From assembly GCA_032718475.1 (NCBI GenBank), contig JAUCBJ010007311.1, forward strand, positions 49,012 through 113,011: DNA of 64,000 nt, written 5' to 3'. Source of the stretch: Nemertoderma westbladi (lineage: Eukaryota; Animalia; Xenacoelomorpha). Every line of letters starts with the position of its first letter. Position 1 is the first letter of the stretch. Positions 1 through 12,182 of this stretch are shown one piece after another. The notes beneath the pieces are model-generated. The model was not told where the DNA came from. It saw only the letters and a list, made by a program, of their open reading frames with translations, and searched no databases. The position numbers and the translations under genes were made by a program.

Positions 1-1310
1 AGCGATCCCCCTAGATAGGAGTAGCGCCCATCCCTACCTTCGGGTGCAGATAGGAGTAGCGCCCACCCCTACCTTCGGGTAGCAGATAGGAGTAGCGCCA
101 ACCCCTACCTTCGGGGAGCAGATAGAAGTAGCGCCCATCCCTAACTTCGGGTAGCAGATAGGAGTAGCGCCCACCCTACCTTCGGGTAGCAGATAACAGT
201 AGCGCCCATCCCTACCTTCGGGTGCAGATAGGAGTAGCGATCCTCCTACCTTCGGATAGCAGATGATAGGAGTAGCGCCACCCCTACCCTCGGGTAGCAG
301 ATAGGAGTAGCGCCCACCCCTACCTTCGGGTAGCAGATAGGAGTAGCGCCTACCCCTACCCTCGGGTAGCAGATAGGAGTAGCGCCCACCCCTACCTTTG
401 GGTAGCAGATAGGAGTAGCGCCCACCCATACCTTATGGTAGCAGATAGGAGTAGCGCCCATTCCTACCTTCGGGTAGCAGATAGGAGTAGCGCCCATCCC
501 TACCTTCGGGAAGCAGATAGGAGTAGCGACCCCCCTACCTTCGGGTAGCAGATAGGAGTAGCGCCCATCCCTACCTTCGGGTAGCAGATAGGAGTAGCGC
601 CCATTCCTACCTTCGGGTAGCAGATAGGAGTAGCGCCCATCCCTACCTTCGGGAAGCAGATAGGAGTAGCGACCCCCCTACCTTCGGGTAGCAGATAGGA
701 GTAGCGCCCATCCCTACCTTCGGGTAGCAGATAGGAGTAACGCCCACCCTACCTTCGGGTAGCAGATAAGAGTAGCGCCCATCCCTACCTTCGGGTAGCA
801 GATAGGAGTAGCGCCCACCCTACCTTCGGGTAGCAGATAAGAGTAGCGCCCATCCCTACCTTCGGGTGCAGATAGGAGTAGCGATCCCCCTACCTTTGGG
901 TAGCAGATGATAGGAGTAGCGCCACCTCTACCCTCGGGTAGCAGATAGGAGTAGCGCCCACCCCTACCTTCGGGTAGCAGATAGGAGTAGCGCCCACCCC
1001 TACCTTCGGGTAGCAGATAGGAGTAGCGCACATCCCTACCTTCGGGTAGCAGATAGGAGTAGCGCCCACCCCTACCTTCGGGTAGCAGATAGGAGTGGCG
1101 CCCACCCCTACCTTCGGGTAGCAGATAGGAGTGGCGCCCACCCCTACCTTCGGGTAGCAGATAGGAGTAGCGCCACCCCTACCTTCGGGTAGCAGATAGG
1201 AGTGGCGCCCACCCCTACCTTCGGGTAGCAGATAGGAGTAGCGCCCATCTCCCATACCTACCTTCGGGTAGCAGATAGGAGTAGCGCCCATCTCCCATAC
1301 CTACCTTCGG
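1..1310. repeat. ~36-37-bp minisatellite (CCCCTACCTTCGGGTAGCAGATAGGAGTAGCGCCCA), ~35 copies, runs off the window start; probably intronic in the carbonic anhydrase gene
   Basis: Directly visible tandem units; ORFs across it are repetitive in several frames. Confidence 0.95.
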
Positions 1311-1461
1311 GTTGCAGTTATCGAAGAGGAACCTTCGGGTCGCCACCGGCTTTGGCCGACTGTTGATTTGCTTTTTTATAGAACCATTGTTCTTGCAATT
1401 GGGACTGAAGGGGTTATAATAGAACCATTGTACTTGTATTGGGGAGTTAAGTGTTGTATAC

Positions 1462-1601
1462 CTGTAATATTGGGAATCTTGTCCAACCAGTAACTTATTG
1501 AGTTGTACATCCTCCGAGAGTAGAACTTTAGAGTTCTCATCAATGAGCTCCTTTGCGTGGCCCAGGATGGGAGCGATTACTTCGTTATTATCGTCACTTT
1601 C
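1462..1601 (-). CDS. Alpha-carbonic anhydrase, third coding exon (ESDDNNEVIAPILG...GQDSQYYR)
   Basis: Manual translation; AG acceptor at 1602-1603, phase 0 matching the previous exon; ends at YYR with a GT donor at 1460-1461, where the YxGSLTTPPC motif would follow. The 3' boundary is less certain (alternative donor at 1303-1304). Confidence 0.75.
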
Positions 1602-1681
1602 CTACGGCGAAACATTATTTTAGTACAAATTAGAAAACTGTTTCAAATCTCCGAGAATGAGGAGATATACTTTAATATCTA

Positions 1682-2068
1682 TTACTACTAGGTTGAGCGA
1701 ACTCGGGCAGTGGAAATGATATCCTTCCAGGCTTCCCGATTCTCCATAGTTGTCGCAATTTCGTTTCTCCCAAGTTCAGTATCCCTTTCAAGTTGATCTA
1801 TATATGTTATGGCCGGTCGTCCACGACTACGCTTTCCATGAGTTGGTTGCCAGAAAAGTAGATCTGGTATGACTTCGTCTTTACTTCGCCAGCAGTGCCC
1901 ACTGAATCTTAATCTGCGTTCACGGAGGGTGGTTGATACAGGTGGTATTGTACCATAAAGCTCGGCGTTTGTCATGTGTTGTCTCCAGCTGATGTTTAGG
2001 GCTGCCCTTAGTAGTCTTGTGTAGCAACCATCAATTCGTTGTTCAAGTGATTTCGTCAATGTCCATAG
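1682..2068 (-). mobile_element. 5'-truncated RTE-clade LINE (3' end only) inside a carbonic anhydrase intron
   Basis: ORF 1688..2059 has the RTE C-terminal motifs RRLRFSGHCWR and GKRSRGRP..TY; short (TAG)n-like tail; nearly identical to 33222-33573. Confidence 0.88.
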
Positions 2069-2088
2069 CTTCCATATTAATTACTTAC

Positions 2089-2328
2089 CTCGAATACAAA
2101 GCCTACGACCGCCAGGCCGTTGGGTTTCTCCAACGCTTGGTCCATTGTCAGCCCCTTCTGTTTGCACACGATGTGCATTTCGGCGACGTATTTGTGGCCG
2201 TTTATGTCATGTTCGGACCCATCGTTGCTTCCGACTCCCCAATGGAAATGAACGTTGTACGCTTGGTAGTTACCAGGGAGACTGCCCCCTATTACGTCTA
2301 CGTAATTGCTCTCATCGCCAATTTGTAC
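2089..2328 (-). CDS. Alpha-carbonic anhydrase, second coding exon with the zinc ligands
   Basis: Manual translation, 80 codons: VQIGDESN...YNVHFHWGVGSNDGSEHDINGHKYVAEMHIV...PNGLAVVGFVFE. Motifs HxHWG, GSEH, ExHxV and GLAV are present; flanked by cag and gtaagt. Not in the ORF track. Confidence 0.95.
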
Positions 2329-2485
2329 CTGGGAGACATTTTTTACCGGAATTTAAGTCTCAATTCTGCATTTTACTATACTGATGTTTGTATGAACAAC
2401 AGACCTACTTATTGGGGTATTAACATGTTTTAAATTTGAAAGGTTTTTTTAGTTAATAAATAAATGAGTAAAACGGGTTTAAAAA

Positions 2486-5268
2486 ACTTACTGGGGTATT
2501 ACTGTCCTGTACTTACTGGGGTATTACTGTCCTGTACTTACTGGGGTATTACTGTCCTGTACTTACTGGGGTATTACTGTCCTGTACTTACTGGGGTATT
2601 TCTGTCCTGTACTTACTGGGTTATTACTGTCCTGTACTTACTGGGGTATTACTGTCCTGAACTTACTGGGGTATTACTGTCCGGTACTTACTGGGGTATT
2701 ACTGTCCTGTACTTACTCGGGTATTACTGTCCTGTACTTACTGGGGTATTACTGTCCTGTACTTACTGGGGTATTACTGTCCTGTACTTACTGGGGTATT
2801 ACTGTCCTGTACTTACTGGGGTATTACTGTCCTGTACTTACTGGGTTATTACTGTCCTGTACTTACTGGGGTATTACTGTCCTGTACTTACTGGGGTATT
2901 ACTATCCTGTACTTACTGGGGTATTACTGTCCTGTACTTACTGGGGTATTACTATCCTGTACTTACTGGGGTATTACTGTCCTGTACTTACTGGGGTATT
3001 ACTATCCTGTACTTACTGGGGTATTACTGTCCTGTACTTACTGGGGTATTACTATCCTGTACTTACTGGGGTATTACTGTCCTGTACTTACTGGGGTATT
3101 ACTGTCCTGTACTTACTGGTGTATTACTGTCCTGTACTTACTGGTGTATTACTGTCCTGTACTTACTGGGGTATTACTGTCCTGTACTTACTGGGGTATT
3201 ACTGTCCTGTACTTACTGGGGTATTACTGTCCTGTACTTACTGGGGTATTACTGTCCTGTACTTACGGTGTATTATTGTCCTGAACTTACTGGGGTATTA
3301 CTGTCCTGAACTTACTGGGGTATTACTGTCCTGTACTTACTGGGGTATTACTGCCCTGTACTTACTGGTTTATTACTGTCCTGTACTTACTGGGGTATTA
3401 CTGTCCTGTACTTACTGGTTTATTACTGTCCTGTACTTACTGGTGTATTACTGTCCTGTACTTACTGGGGTATTACTGTCCTGTACTTACTGGGGTATTA
3501 CTGTCCTGTACTTACTGGTGTATTACTGTCCTGTACTTACTGGGGTATTACTATCCTGTACTTACTGGGGTATTACTGTCCTGTACTTACTGGGGTATTA
3601 CTGTCCTGTACTTACTGGGGTATTACTGTCCTGTACTTACTGGGGTATTACTGTCCTGTACTTACTGGGGTATTACTGTCCTGTACTTACTGGGTTATTT
3701 CTGTCCTGTACTTACTGGGGTATTACTATCCTGTACTTACTGGGGTATTACTGTCCTGTACTTACTGGGGTATTACTGTCCTGTACTTACTGGGTTATTT
3801 CTGTCCTGTACTTACTGGGGTATTACTATCCTGTACTTACTGGGGTATTACTGTCCTGTACTTACTGGGGTATTACTGTCCTGTACTTACTGGTGTATTA
3901 CTGTCCTGTACTTACTGGGGTATTACTGTCCTGTACTTACTGGGGTATTACTGTCCTGTACTTACTGGGTTATTTCTGTCCTGTACTTACTGGGGTATTA
4001 CTATCCTGTACTTACTGGGGTATTACTGTCCTGTACTTACTGGGGTATTACTGTCCTGTACTTACTGGGGTATTACTATCCTGTACTTACTGGGGTATTA
4101 CTGTCCTGTACTTACTGGGGTATTACTGTCCTGTACTTACTGGGTTATTTCTGTCCTGTACTTACTGGGGTATTACTATCCTGTACTTACTGGGGTATTA
4201 CTGTCCTGTACTTACTGGGGTATTACTGTCCTGTACTTACTGGGTTATTTCTGTCCTGTACTTACTGGGGTATTACTATCCTGTACTTACTGGGGTATTA
4301 CTGTCCTGTACTTACTGGTGTATTACTGTCCTGTACTTACTGGGTTATTTCTGTCCTGTACTTACTGGGGTATTACTGTCCTGTACTTACTGGGGTATTA
4401 CTGTCCTGTACTTACTGGGGTATTACTGTCCTGTACTTACTGGGGTATTACTGTCCTGTACTTACTGGTGTATTACTGTCCTGTACTTACTGGGTTATTT
4501 CTGTCCTGTACTTACTGGGGTATTACTATCCTGTACTTACTGGGGTATTACTGTCCTGTACTTACTGGTGTATTACTGTCCTGTACTTACTGGGTTATTT
4601 CTGTCCTGTACTTACTGGGGTATTACTGTCCTGTACTTACTGGGGTATTACTGTCCTGTACTTACTGGGTTATTTCTGTCCTGTACTTACTGGGGTATTA
4701 CTATCCTGTACTTACTGGGGTATTACTGTCCTGTACTTACTGGGGTATTACTGTCCTGTACTTACTGGGTTATTTCTGTCCTGTACTTACTGGGGTATTA
4801 CTATCCTGTACTTACTGGGGTATTACTGTCCTGTACTTACTGGGGTATTACTGTCCTGTACTTACTGGGGTATTACTGTCCTGTACTTACTGGGGTATTA
4901 CTGTCCTGTACTTACTGGGTTATTTCTGTCCTGTACTTACTGGGGTATTACTGTCCTGTACTTACTGGGGTATTACTGTCCTGTACTTACTGGGTTATTT
5001 CTGTCCTGTACTTACTGGGGTATTACTGTCCTGTACTTACTGGGTATTACTGTCCTGTACTTACTGGGGTATTACTGTCCTGTACTTACTGGTGTATTAC
5101 TGTCCTGTACTTACTGGGGTATTACTGTCCTGTACTTACTGGGGTATTACTGTCCTGTACTTACTGGGGTATTACTGTCCTGTACTTACTGGTGTATTAC
5201 TGTCCTGTACTTACTGGGGTATTACTGTCCTGTACTTACTGGGGTATTACTGTCCTGTACTTTCTGGT
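2486..5268. repeat. 25-bp minisatellite (CTGGGGTATTACTGTCCTGTACTTA), ~110 copies, intronic
   Basis: Highly homogeneous tandem array lying between carbonic anhydrase coding exons 1 and 2. Confidence 0.97.
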
Positions 5269-6043
5269 AATATTTGCACAAAGTGTGTGATTTATGACAA
5301 AAAGTATGTATAATTTTGGTATATATAAATTTAAATTTAATTAAAACTTTGATTACAATGTACCCGTATATTCCCTTTTGCTCTTGACATTCGTTTCGGT
5401 TGCCCTGAGTTACATACAGTATACAATACATTCCACTGTTAATTTTAGCCAAATTATTATTGAAAAAAAGGTTATTTCTTTTTTATTTTTATTTTAAACT
5501 TGTCTTCCATTGTTAGGGATTGTTATATTATAAGTTATTATGTCTTGGATTGAGTAGTACTGAAATTATTGTATTGTTTATTATTAGTTTAATAATATAC
5601 TTCATAGGTTACAAATTGCACATAAGTATAAAAAAAATATATAATTACGTATTACATAAAAACAAACGTATTACATAAAAACAAATAGCTTTCAACCTTA
5701 TGGCGCACCTTGATGTATAAAATTATACATCTCGTAGTCGGAGAGAAAAAAGGGAAAAAGGACATTTATTCTACATCTAATAATTTATAGATAAGATTCA
5801 ATATTTACATTTTTTAAACTTTTTAAATTAAACCTTTAATGAATGTTTACTATGCCTAACTTTATTACTATGCCTAACTTTAATATAAACCTTTTTTTAG
5901 TTATACCTAACTTTATTACTATCTAAACTTTACTTTGAATTATGCCTATCATTTTACTATAATATAAATAATCAAAAATATGTCTAATTTAAATATAAAT
6001 ATTAACTTTACTTTCATTATACCGGTAGTAACAGCTCCTTTAC

Positions 6044-6259
6044 CTTTATCCCGTGTCCATAGTTTTGGACATAGGTCCCCTCCGACGGACAGATTGTCGG
6101 TAACAAAAACGGTCGCAGTTTGCAGACCGACTCCGCGTCGGCATCCACTATATCAATGGGTGATTGACGATGTCCTTCCCCGTAGGCTATGACGTCACCA
6201 ACAGGGTTGCCGTAACAAACGGCTGAGATAAAAGCAACGACGGCCAGTAATCCGTACAT
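6044..6259 (-). CDS. Alpha-carbonic anhydrase, first coding exon with signal peptide
   Basis: MYGLLAVVAFISAVCYG (hydrophobic signal), RQSPIDI and NYGHGIK (His64-equivalent); 72 codons ending at AAG/gtaaag, in frame with the exon at 2328. Confidence 0.92.
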
Positions 6260-6317
6260 GATCAATTCGATTCGCAATCTACTGATGGTAATTTGTAAAA
6301 CAAATGAATCTTTGTGA

Positions 6318-6628
6318 ATATATATGATGTACCTGCACGGGAACTATATATATATGATGTACCTGCACGGGAACTATATATATATGATGTACCTGCACGG
6401 GAACTATATATATATGATGTACCTGCACGGGAACTATATATATATGATGTACCTGCACGGGAACTATATATATATGATGTACCTGCACGGGAACTATATA
6501 TATATGATGTACCTGCACGGGAACTATATATATATGATGTACCTGCACGGGAACTATATATATATGATGTACCTGCACGGGAACTATATATATATGATGT
6601 ACCTGCACGGGAACTATATATATATATA
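6318..6628. repeat. 30-bp minisatellite (GATGTACCTGCACGGGAACTATATATATAT), 10 identical copies
   Basis: Directly visible. Probably in a 5'UTR intron (candidate minus-strand donor CAG/gtgagt at ~6876, acceptor at ~6279). Confidence 0.95.
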
Positions 6629-7821
6629 TTCACTTGTCATAATACCCATCGACGAAGCTCAATACTATTTTTAACTTACATTTGTAACTGTAGACTGAGA
6701 TTTATATCCAAACGGTCGGATTTGTAACCGAACTTTCGGATTTGTAACTAGACAGACGGATTTTGCTTTACACGGAATGAAAATTTTGTGTCCAAAACCT
6801 AATAACGGTTCCATATCTGTCAGCCCGACCCGCCACTATTCAATGATAATATCGTATGAATAAATTTTTACTCACCTGAGTTATAATATTATCTCGAACT
6901 AACTTTTTTATATTCTTTTAACGTAGTCTGGAGAGTTGATGATGTATGACTAATTAGTTTATGTTTGCTGGGTTTGGATAATTTTATGCAACTAAATATG
7001 TTTGATCTTGAAAGGATAAGAAGAGCAGCCACCATGTGTTATTGCATTGCGCAATTGTCGGTTTTTTGAGTGAAATAAAGTGGATGATGTAATATTATGT
7101 ACCTGGATGTATGCCATGACCAGGACCACCATGTTGTATCGCTCATCCATAGATGTAAGGTAAATGATGCGAATGATGTTTATGATAGTTGTTGTAAAAC
7201 ATCTGCCGTATTACCTACTTGAAATTATCCCAGATAAAATTTATAATACCGACAAGTGGTTCTTGATTGGCAGTATATTAGAGCTAGAATAATTGAATAC
7301 AACTCTCTACTGTAATACCGACATATAGTCCCAGATGTCGTGCTGATCAGTAACTGGCTTTGTATTGAAATGCAATGTAAGGTTTTTAAATTATTTCTGA
7401 ACACCGCGTTACTTTTACTTTAATAAAAGACCAAAAATTACATTACTCCCTGTACATTACATTACATTAAAATTAATTTCAACTTCGCTCTATCCAGGAG
7501 AAAAGTTATTCGTTTGTTTCTTTAAAATAAAATCAACATTCTTTTTCACGATGAGTTGCTGAGGTTTTTCTGAATGTTTAAATCCCTGAGTTGCCAGTGA
7601 TTCATTCAAACTTCACTTCCTGGTAGTACTGGTTCCGGTAGACGTTGAATATGTGGTCTGTGTGATAGAACCAGTATGCCTAAACACCAGAAATTTAACG
7701 AATTCGGTTGCTGACTTAGGACACGTACAGGAGTCTAAGAACACCGTCGTTGAACTTTTGAAACTTTTAGGAAAATAATATGCCTTTTTCACTTCCATCG
7801 ATATAATCTATTTTCTCCCCA

Positions 7822-7903
7822 TCCATTGTTGCTATTGGTTCCATTGTTGCTATTGGTTCCATTGTTGCTATTGGTTCCATTGTTGCTATTGGTTCCATTG
7901 TTG
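7822..7903. repeat. 18-bp tandem repeat (CCATTGTTGCTATTGGTT), ~4.5 copies
   Basis: Directly visible. Confidence 0.9.
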
Positions 7904-8390
7904 CGTGTAATGTGCTTGATAATGAAATTATTACATGGTTAAGGCCGGAAAAATTGCACCACCGCGCCAATAATATTGTGGTACCGATCAGGGAGGTCGG
8001 ATCCCCGATCGATGTAATTGTATAAAAATAATTAATTATAACATGGGAAAAAAGGTAGAAATTTTATAATATTTTCGAGTCATTGTATTTGCCGAGCGCT
8101 AGCGAGGTTATTAAAGGGCAAGATAATATTGAAAAAATATATATTTATTTTACAAAAAGGAGGTAACAATTTTTGTCCGACTTTTTTCCCCCGTTTTCGA
8201 GGAATAGTAAAGCATATTTTTTAAAGGCCGAAGGCGGAGAAAAAAATGCTAGCAGAATAGAGAGCCTCTTAACTACATAAACCAATATTGGATATTGAGT
8301 TATGTTATGGTGTACACAGCTCAGACATTAAGTTTGCAGTAAGTGTGCATGGATTTTGCTCAAGTGACAAATTAACCTTTTCTATTTCGA

Positions 8391-9400
8391 TGCGGGGCGA
8401 GTGACGAAAGTAAGCGAGTTTAGCATACAGGTACCACTAACTCAATCGGTGTGTCTGTTGTTCTGTTGATATGTGGGGCGAGCGACGAAAGTAAGCGAGT
8501 TTAGCATACAGGTACCACTAACTCAATCGGTGTGTCTGTTGTTCTGTTGATCTGTCGTTCTTTCGATCTGTTGTGTCCAATTTTAAACGTTACTCACTCA
8601 GCCAAATGTTAATGAAATTTAACCAAACTTGGTACACATGTAGCCTGGCCAAAGTTTAGAAATTTACCAAGTTGAATTTTCGCGTGGCCTTCGAGAAGCT
8701 AAGATAATAGCAGTTAATTAGTTAATTAAGTTGATTAGGGTAAAAAAATCAATTTCAACCTGCCTCCTTAAAGGATATTATTTATTTTCTAGTATAAGAT
8801 TTAAATAATTATACTTAAAAGTTATACAGCTGTAATCCCCATACACCATTCCATTATAGTTTTTAATTAGTTCAAGAGAATTGCTTTAAGAAATGTGTTT
8901 TTAATGTTAAACGTAATTAAGTTAAAATGCATTCCATCACTCTATACTTCCATACTTCCAGTCTCATCATTCCTTGGCATTCTTGATATTGCCTAGATGG
9001 GAAACATTCCAAACATCCTTCCACTGATTAGCTAAATGATTTCGTTGAGGCATTGACATTATAAAGTAATATTTCAGTATCAATACTATCGGCATAAGGT
9101 AAGTTTTAATAATTTTTACAAATTGGGTTGCCTCCGCACATAAAAATATATTTATTTTAAAACACTAATTTCCTGTTAACACCTCTGCTGCCTTTCATTA
9201 ATCCTTTGTGCTCCTTTGCGGTTGGGGTGGTGCAGATTAAGATTTCCTCTCTTCTTTGATTTATTCTTATAGGCGGTTTGGTTAAATTTCTTATTTATTT
9301 ATTTAAATTTCTTAAGTATCGATTTTGGGATAGAATTGCTCAATTTTAATCTGTATCTGATATCTGAGCCTCGTCCTGCGCGATGGCCCCACGAACGTGT
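8391..9400 (+). mobile_element. Non-autonomous TGT-bounded interspersed element, copy 1 (first 81 bp tandemly duplicated)
   Basis: Head TGTGGGGCGAGC at 8472 (degenerate duplicate at 8391); tail CGTCCTGCGCGATGGCCCCACGAACGTGT; about 400 bp alignable by eye to 48938-49350. Confidence 0.75.
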
Positions 9401-9658
9401 TCATTTAACGCATGTAATTAAATTTAAGAAATTCCACCAAAAATATTTTACTTTACTTTTATGGCCGAGAGAAAGTAAAATCAGTGGTATCCTATGGGTT
9501 GCTTTTTCCCCTAGGGAAGAAGTTCTCGTTTTTCTCCCGATGTGGTATATTCGAGCGAAAAGGTAAGAAATTAAGAGTAAAAGTTAAATCTTTATTCTTG
9601 AAAAATTTGTTATAAAAAATATGTTAATAATGCGGAATAATATATATTTATTATCCAG

Positions 9659-9790
9659 GCGAAAGCACCTCGGTAGTGGAGGATGAGGGGGGAAGATCTA
9701 TAACCGGATACGAAGTGGCTGAATTATGGTACGCCGATATGGACAATTATGATTTCGATGTTGGAGATTATACAACAAAAGGAGAGGATA
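9659..9790 (+). CDS. CAP/SCP/PR-1 superfamily (GAPR-1/GLIPR2-like) gene, internal exon
   Basis: cag/ ... /gtaagt; translates ESTSVVEDEGGRSITGYEVAELWYADMDNYDFDVGDYTTKGED, resembling the CAP WYxExxxYxF motif; the phase-1 end joins the exon at 11977 to give TGQFAQMVW. Confidence 0.78.
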
Positions 9791-9979
9791 GTAAGTTGGA
9801 AGGGATAACGTTACGTAGCGAATGTTTTAATTTTAACAATGGGAAATTGAAATAAAATATCACACTTTAGACGAAATATCTAAATTTTAGCTTTACATGT
9901 TCTACTTGACATTCAGTTCTAGAATTATTTCCAGACTTTGGCAATTTCGTACAGTTTCTTCCTCGGAGGACAGATCGGA

Positions 9980-10600
9980 GGATCCAGAGCCGAGCTGCGG
10001 ACTAAAGGGTATAGCGAGTCCACACTTTAATAGCCGCTCACAGAGGGATTCAGAGCAGAGCTGCTGACTAAAGGGTATAGCGAGTCCACACTTTAATAGC
10101 CGCTCACAGAGGGATTCAGAGCAGAGCTGCGGACTAAAGGGTATAGCGAGTCCACACTTTAATAGCCGCTCACAGAGGGATTCAGAGCCGAGCTGCGGAC
10201 TAAAGGGTATAGCGAGTCCACACTTTAATAGCCGCTCACAGAGGGATTCAGAGCAGAGCTGCTGACTAAAGGGTATAGCGAGTCCACACTTTAATAGCCG
10301 CTCACAGAGGGATTCAGAGCAGAGCTGCTGACTAAAGGGTATAGCGAGTCCACACTTTAATAGCCGCTCACAGGGGGATTCAGAGCAGAGCTGCTGACTA
10401 AAGGGTATAGCGAGTCCACACTTTAATAGCCGCTCACAGAGGGATTCAGAGCAGAGCTGCGGACTAAAGGGTATAGCGAGTCCACACTTTAATAGCCGCT
10501 CACAGAGGGATTCAGAGCCGAGCTGCGGACTAAAGGGTATAGCGAGTCCACACTTTAATAGCCGCTCACAGAGGGATTCAGAGCCGAGCTGCGGACTAAA
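9980..10600. repeat. 66-bp minisatellite, ~9 copies, in the CAP gene intron
   Basis: Tandem GATTCAGAGCAGAGCTGCGGACTAAAGGGTATAGCG... units. Confidence 0.93.
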
Positions 10601-11592
10601 CACCTTCACAGATCGCGATTGGCCACACCCACTATGATGTATCGCCGGCCGACTGGCCCCACAACCCAACACCTCCACAGATCGTGATCAGCCACACCCA
10701 CTATGATGCATTGCCGGCAGACCTGCCCCGCAACCCAACACCTCCACAGATCGTGATCAGCCACACCCACTATGATGCATCACCGGCCGACCGCCCCCCC
10801 CCCCAACCCAACACCTCCACAGATCGCGATCAGTCACACCCACTACGATGCATCGCCGGCCGACTGGCCCCACAACCCAACACCTCTAGATGGCGATTGG
10901 CCACACGCACTACGATGCTTCGCCAGCCGACTGGCCCCACAACCCAACACCTCCACAGATCGCGATCGGCCACACCCACTACGATGCATCGCCGACCGAC
11001 TGGCCCCACAACCCAACACCTCTAGATGGCGATTGGCCACACGCACTACAATGCATCGCCGGCCGACTGGCCCCACAACCCCACACCTCCACAGATGGCG
11101 ATCGGCCACACCCACTGTGATGCATCACCAACCGACTTTCCCCACAACCCAACACCTCCACAGATCGTGATCAGCCACACCCACTATGATGCATCACCGG
11201 CCGACCGCCCCCCCCCCAACCCAACACCTCCACAGATCGCGATCGGCCACACCCACTACGATGCATCGCCGACCGACTGGCCCCACAACCCAACACCTCC
11301 ACAGATGGCGATCAGCCACACCCACTACGATGCATCGCCGACCGACTGGCCCCACAACCCCACACCTCCACAGATGGCGATCGGCCACACCCACTGTGAT
11401 GCATCACCAACCGACTTTCCCCACAACCCAACACCTCCACAGATCGTGATCAGCCACACCCACTATGATGCATCACCGGCCGACCGCCGCCCCCCCCATA
11501 ACCCAACACATCCATAGATCGCGATCAGCCACACCCACTACGATGCATCGCCAGCCGACCGGCCCCGCAACCCAACACCTCCACAGATCGCA
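10600..11592. repeat. ~69-bp C-rich minisatellite, ~14 copies, directly abutting the 66-bp array
   Basis: Tandem CACCTCCACAGATCGCGATCGGCCACACCCACTACGATGCATCGCC... units. Confidence 0.92.
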
Positions 11593-11976
11593 ATCACCAC
11601 ATAACTCCCCAATTAATCTCCATTACCTAGCTGCTTTTCTCTCGCCAGTTTGTTGCCATAGAACCTGCACAGACTGATAAGTTCTACAAAAGCCGATAAT
11701 TCTGACCCGTAGTGTCTGCGGCGGGCTGCTGGGCTATATGGTGATTATCCGTCACTACCAATATTATTCTTCTAGTGAGGCAGAAATATAAGACCACGCT
11801 GCCAATGATTACAGAGTTCATTATTGTTACTATTTTGAAATAGATAATTATACTTTATAGAAATATCTTTGTATTTGAAAGATCTTTGTAGAAAATAACA
11901 TTATATTATTAAAACTATGTATTAAGAAATAAAGAATAAAGTAGAAAATAACATTATTTGATTAAATTCTCTACAG

Positions 11977-12182
11977 CGGGCCAGTTCGCCCAGATGGTGT
12001 GGGCCTCTACCCGAGAATTCGGTATCACCAAACACAAACCGGGCGACGGTAGAGAGATCATAGTGGCCAACTTCTCTCCTGCTGGTTGCGGCCCCAACGA
12101 TAACTTTAAGGATAATATCAGAGATGTAGTCAACCATGACGTCGGTCTGCATGAGGTTGATGAGGATTCCGGAGATGATTGA
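11977..12182 (+). CDS. CAP/SCP/PR-1 superfamily (GAPR-1/GLIPR2-like) gene, last coding exon
   Basis: GQFAQMVWASTREFG...IIVANFSPAG matches the CAP signatures GHFTQxVW and VxxYxPxGN; tacag acceptor; TGA stop; AATAAA at ~12211. Confidence 0.85.

Noticed and set aside
1-1310. CRISPR-like appearance (~36-bp hairpin-containing repeats)
   Set aside because: Units are head-to-tail with no unique spacers, no cas genes, and the context is eukaryotic.
2017-2433. 138-aa plus-strand ORF
   Set aside because: Antisense to the carbonic anhydrase zinc-ligand exon.
2464-5313. Long hydrophobic Cys/Tyr-rich ORFs (281, 723 and 331 aa)
   Set aside because: Artefacts of a 25-bp repeat with no plus-strand stop codons; the array lies in a carbonic anhydrase intron.
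9902-11677. ORFs across the 66-bp and 69-bp arrays
   Set aside because: Stops and frameshifts vary between units, and the flanking CAP exons join in phase across the region.
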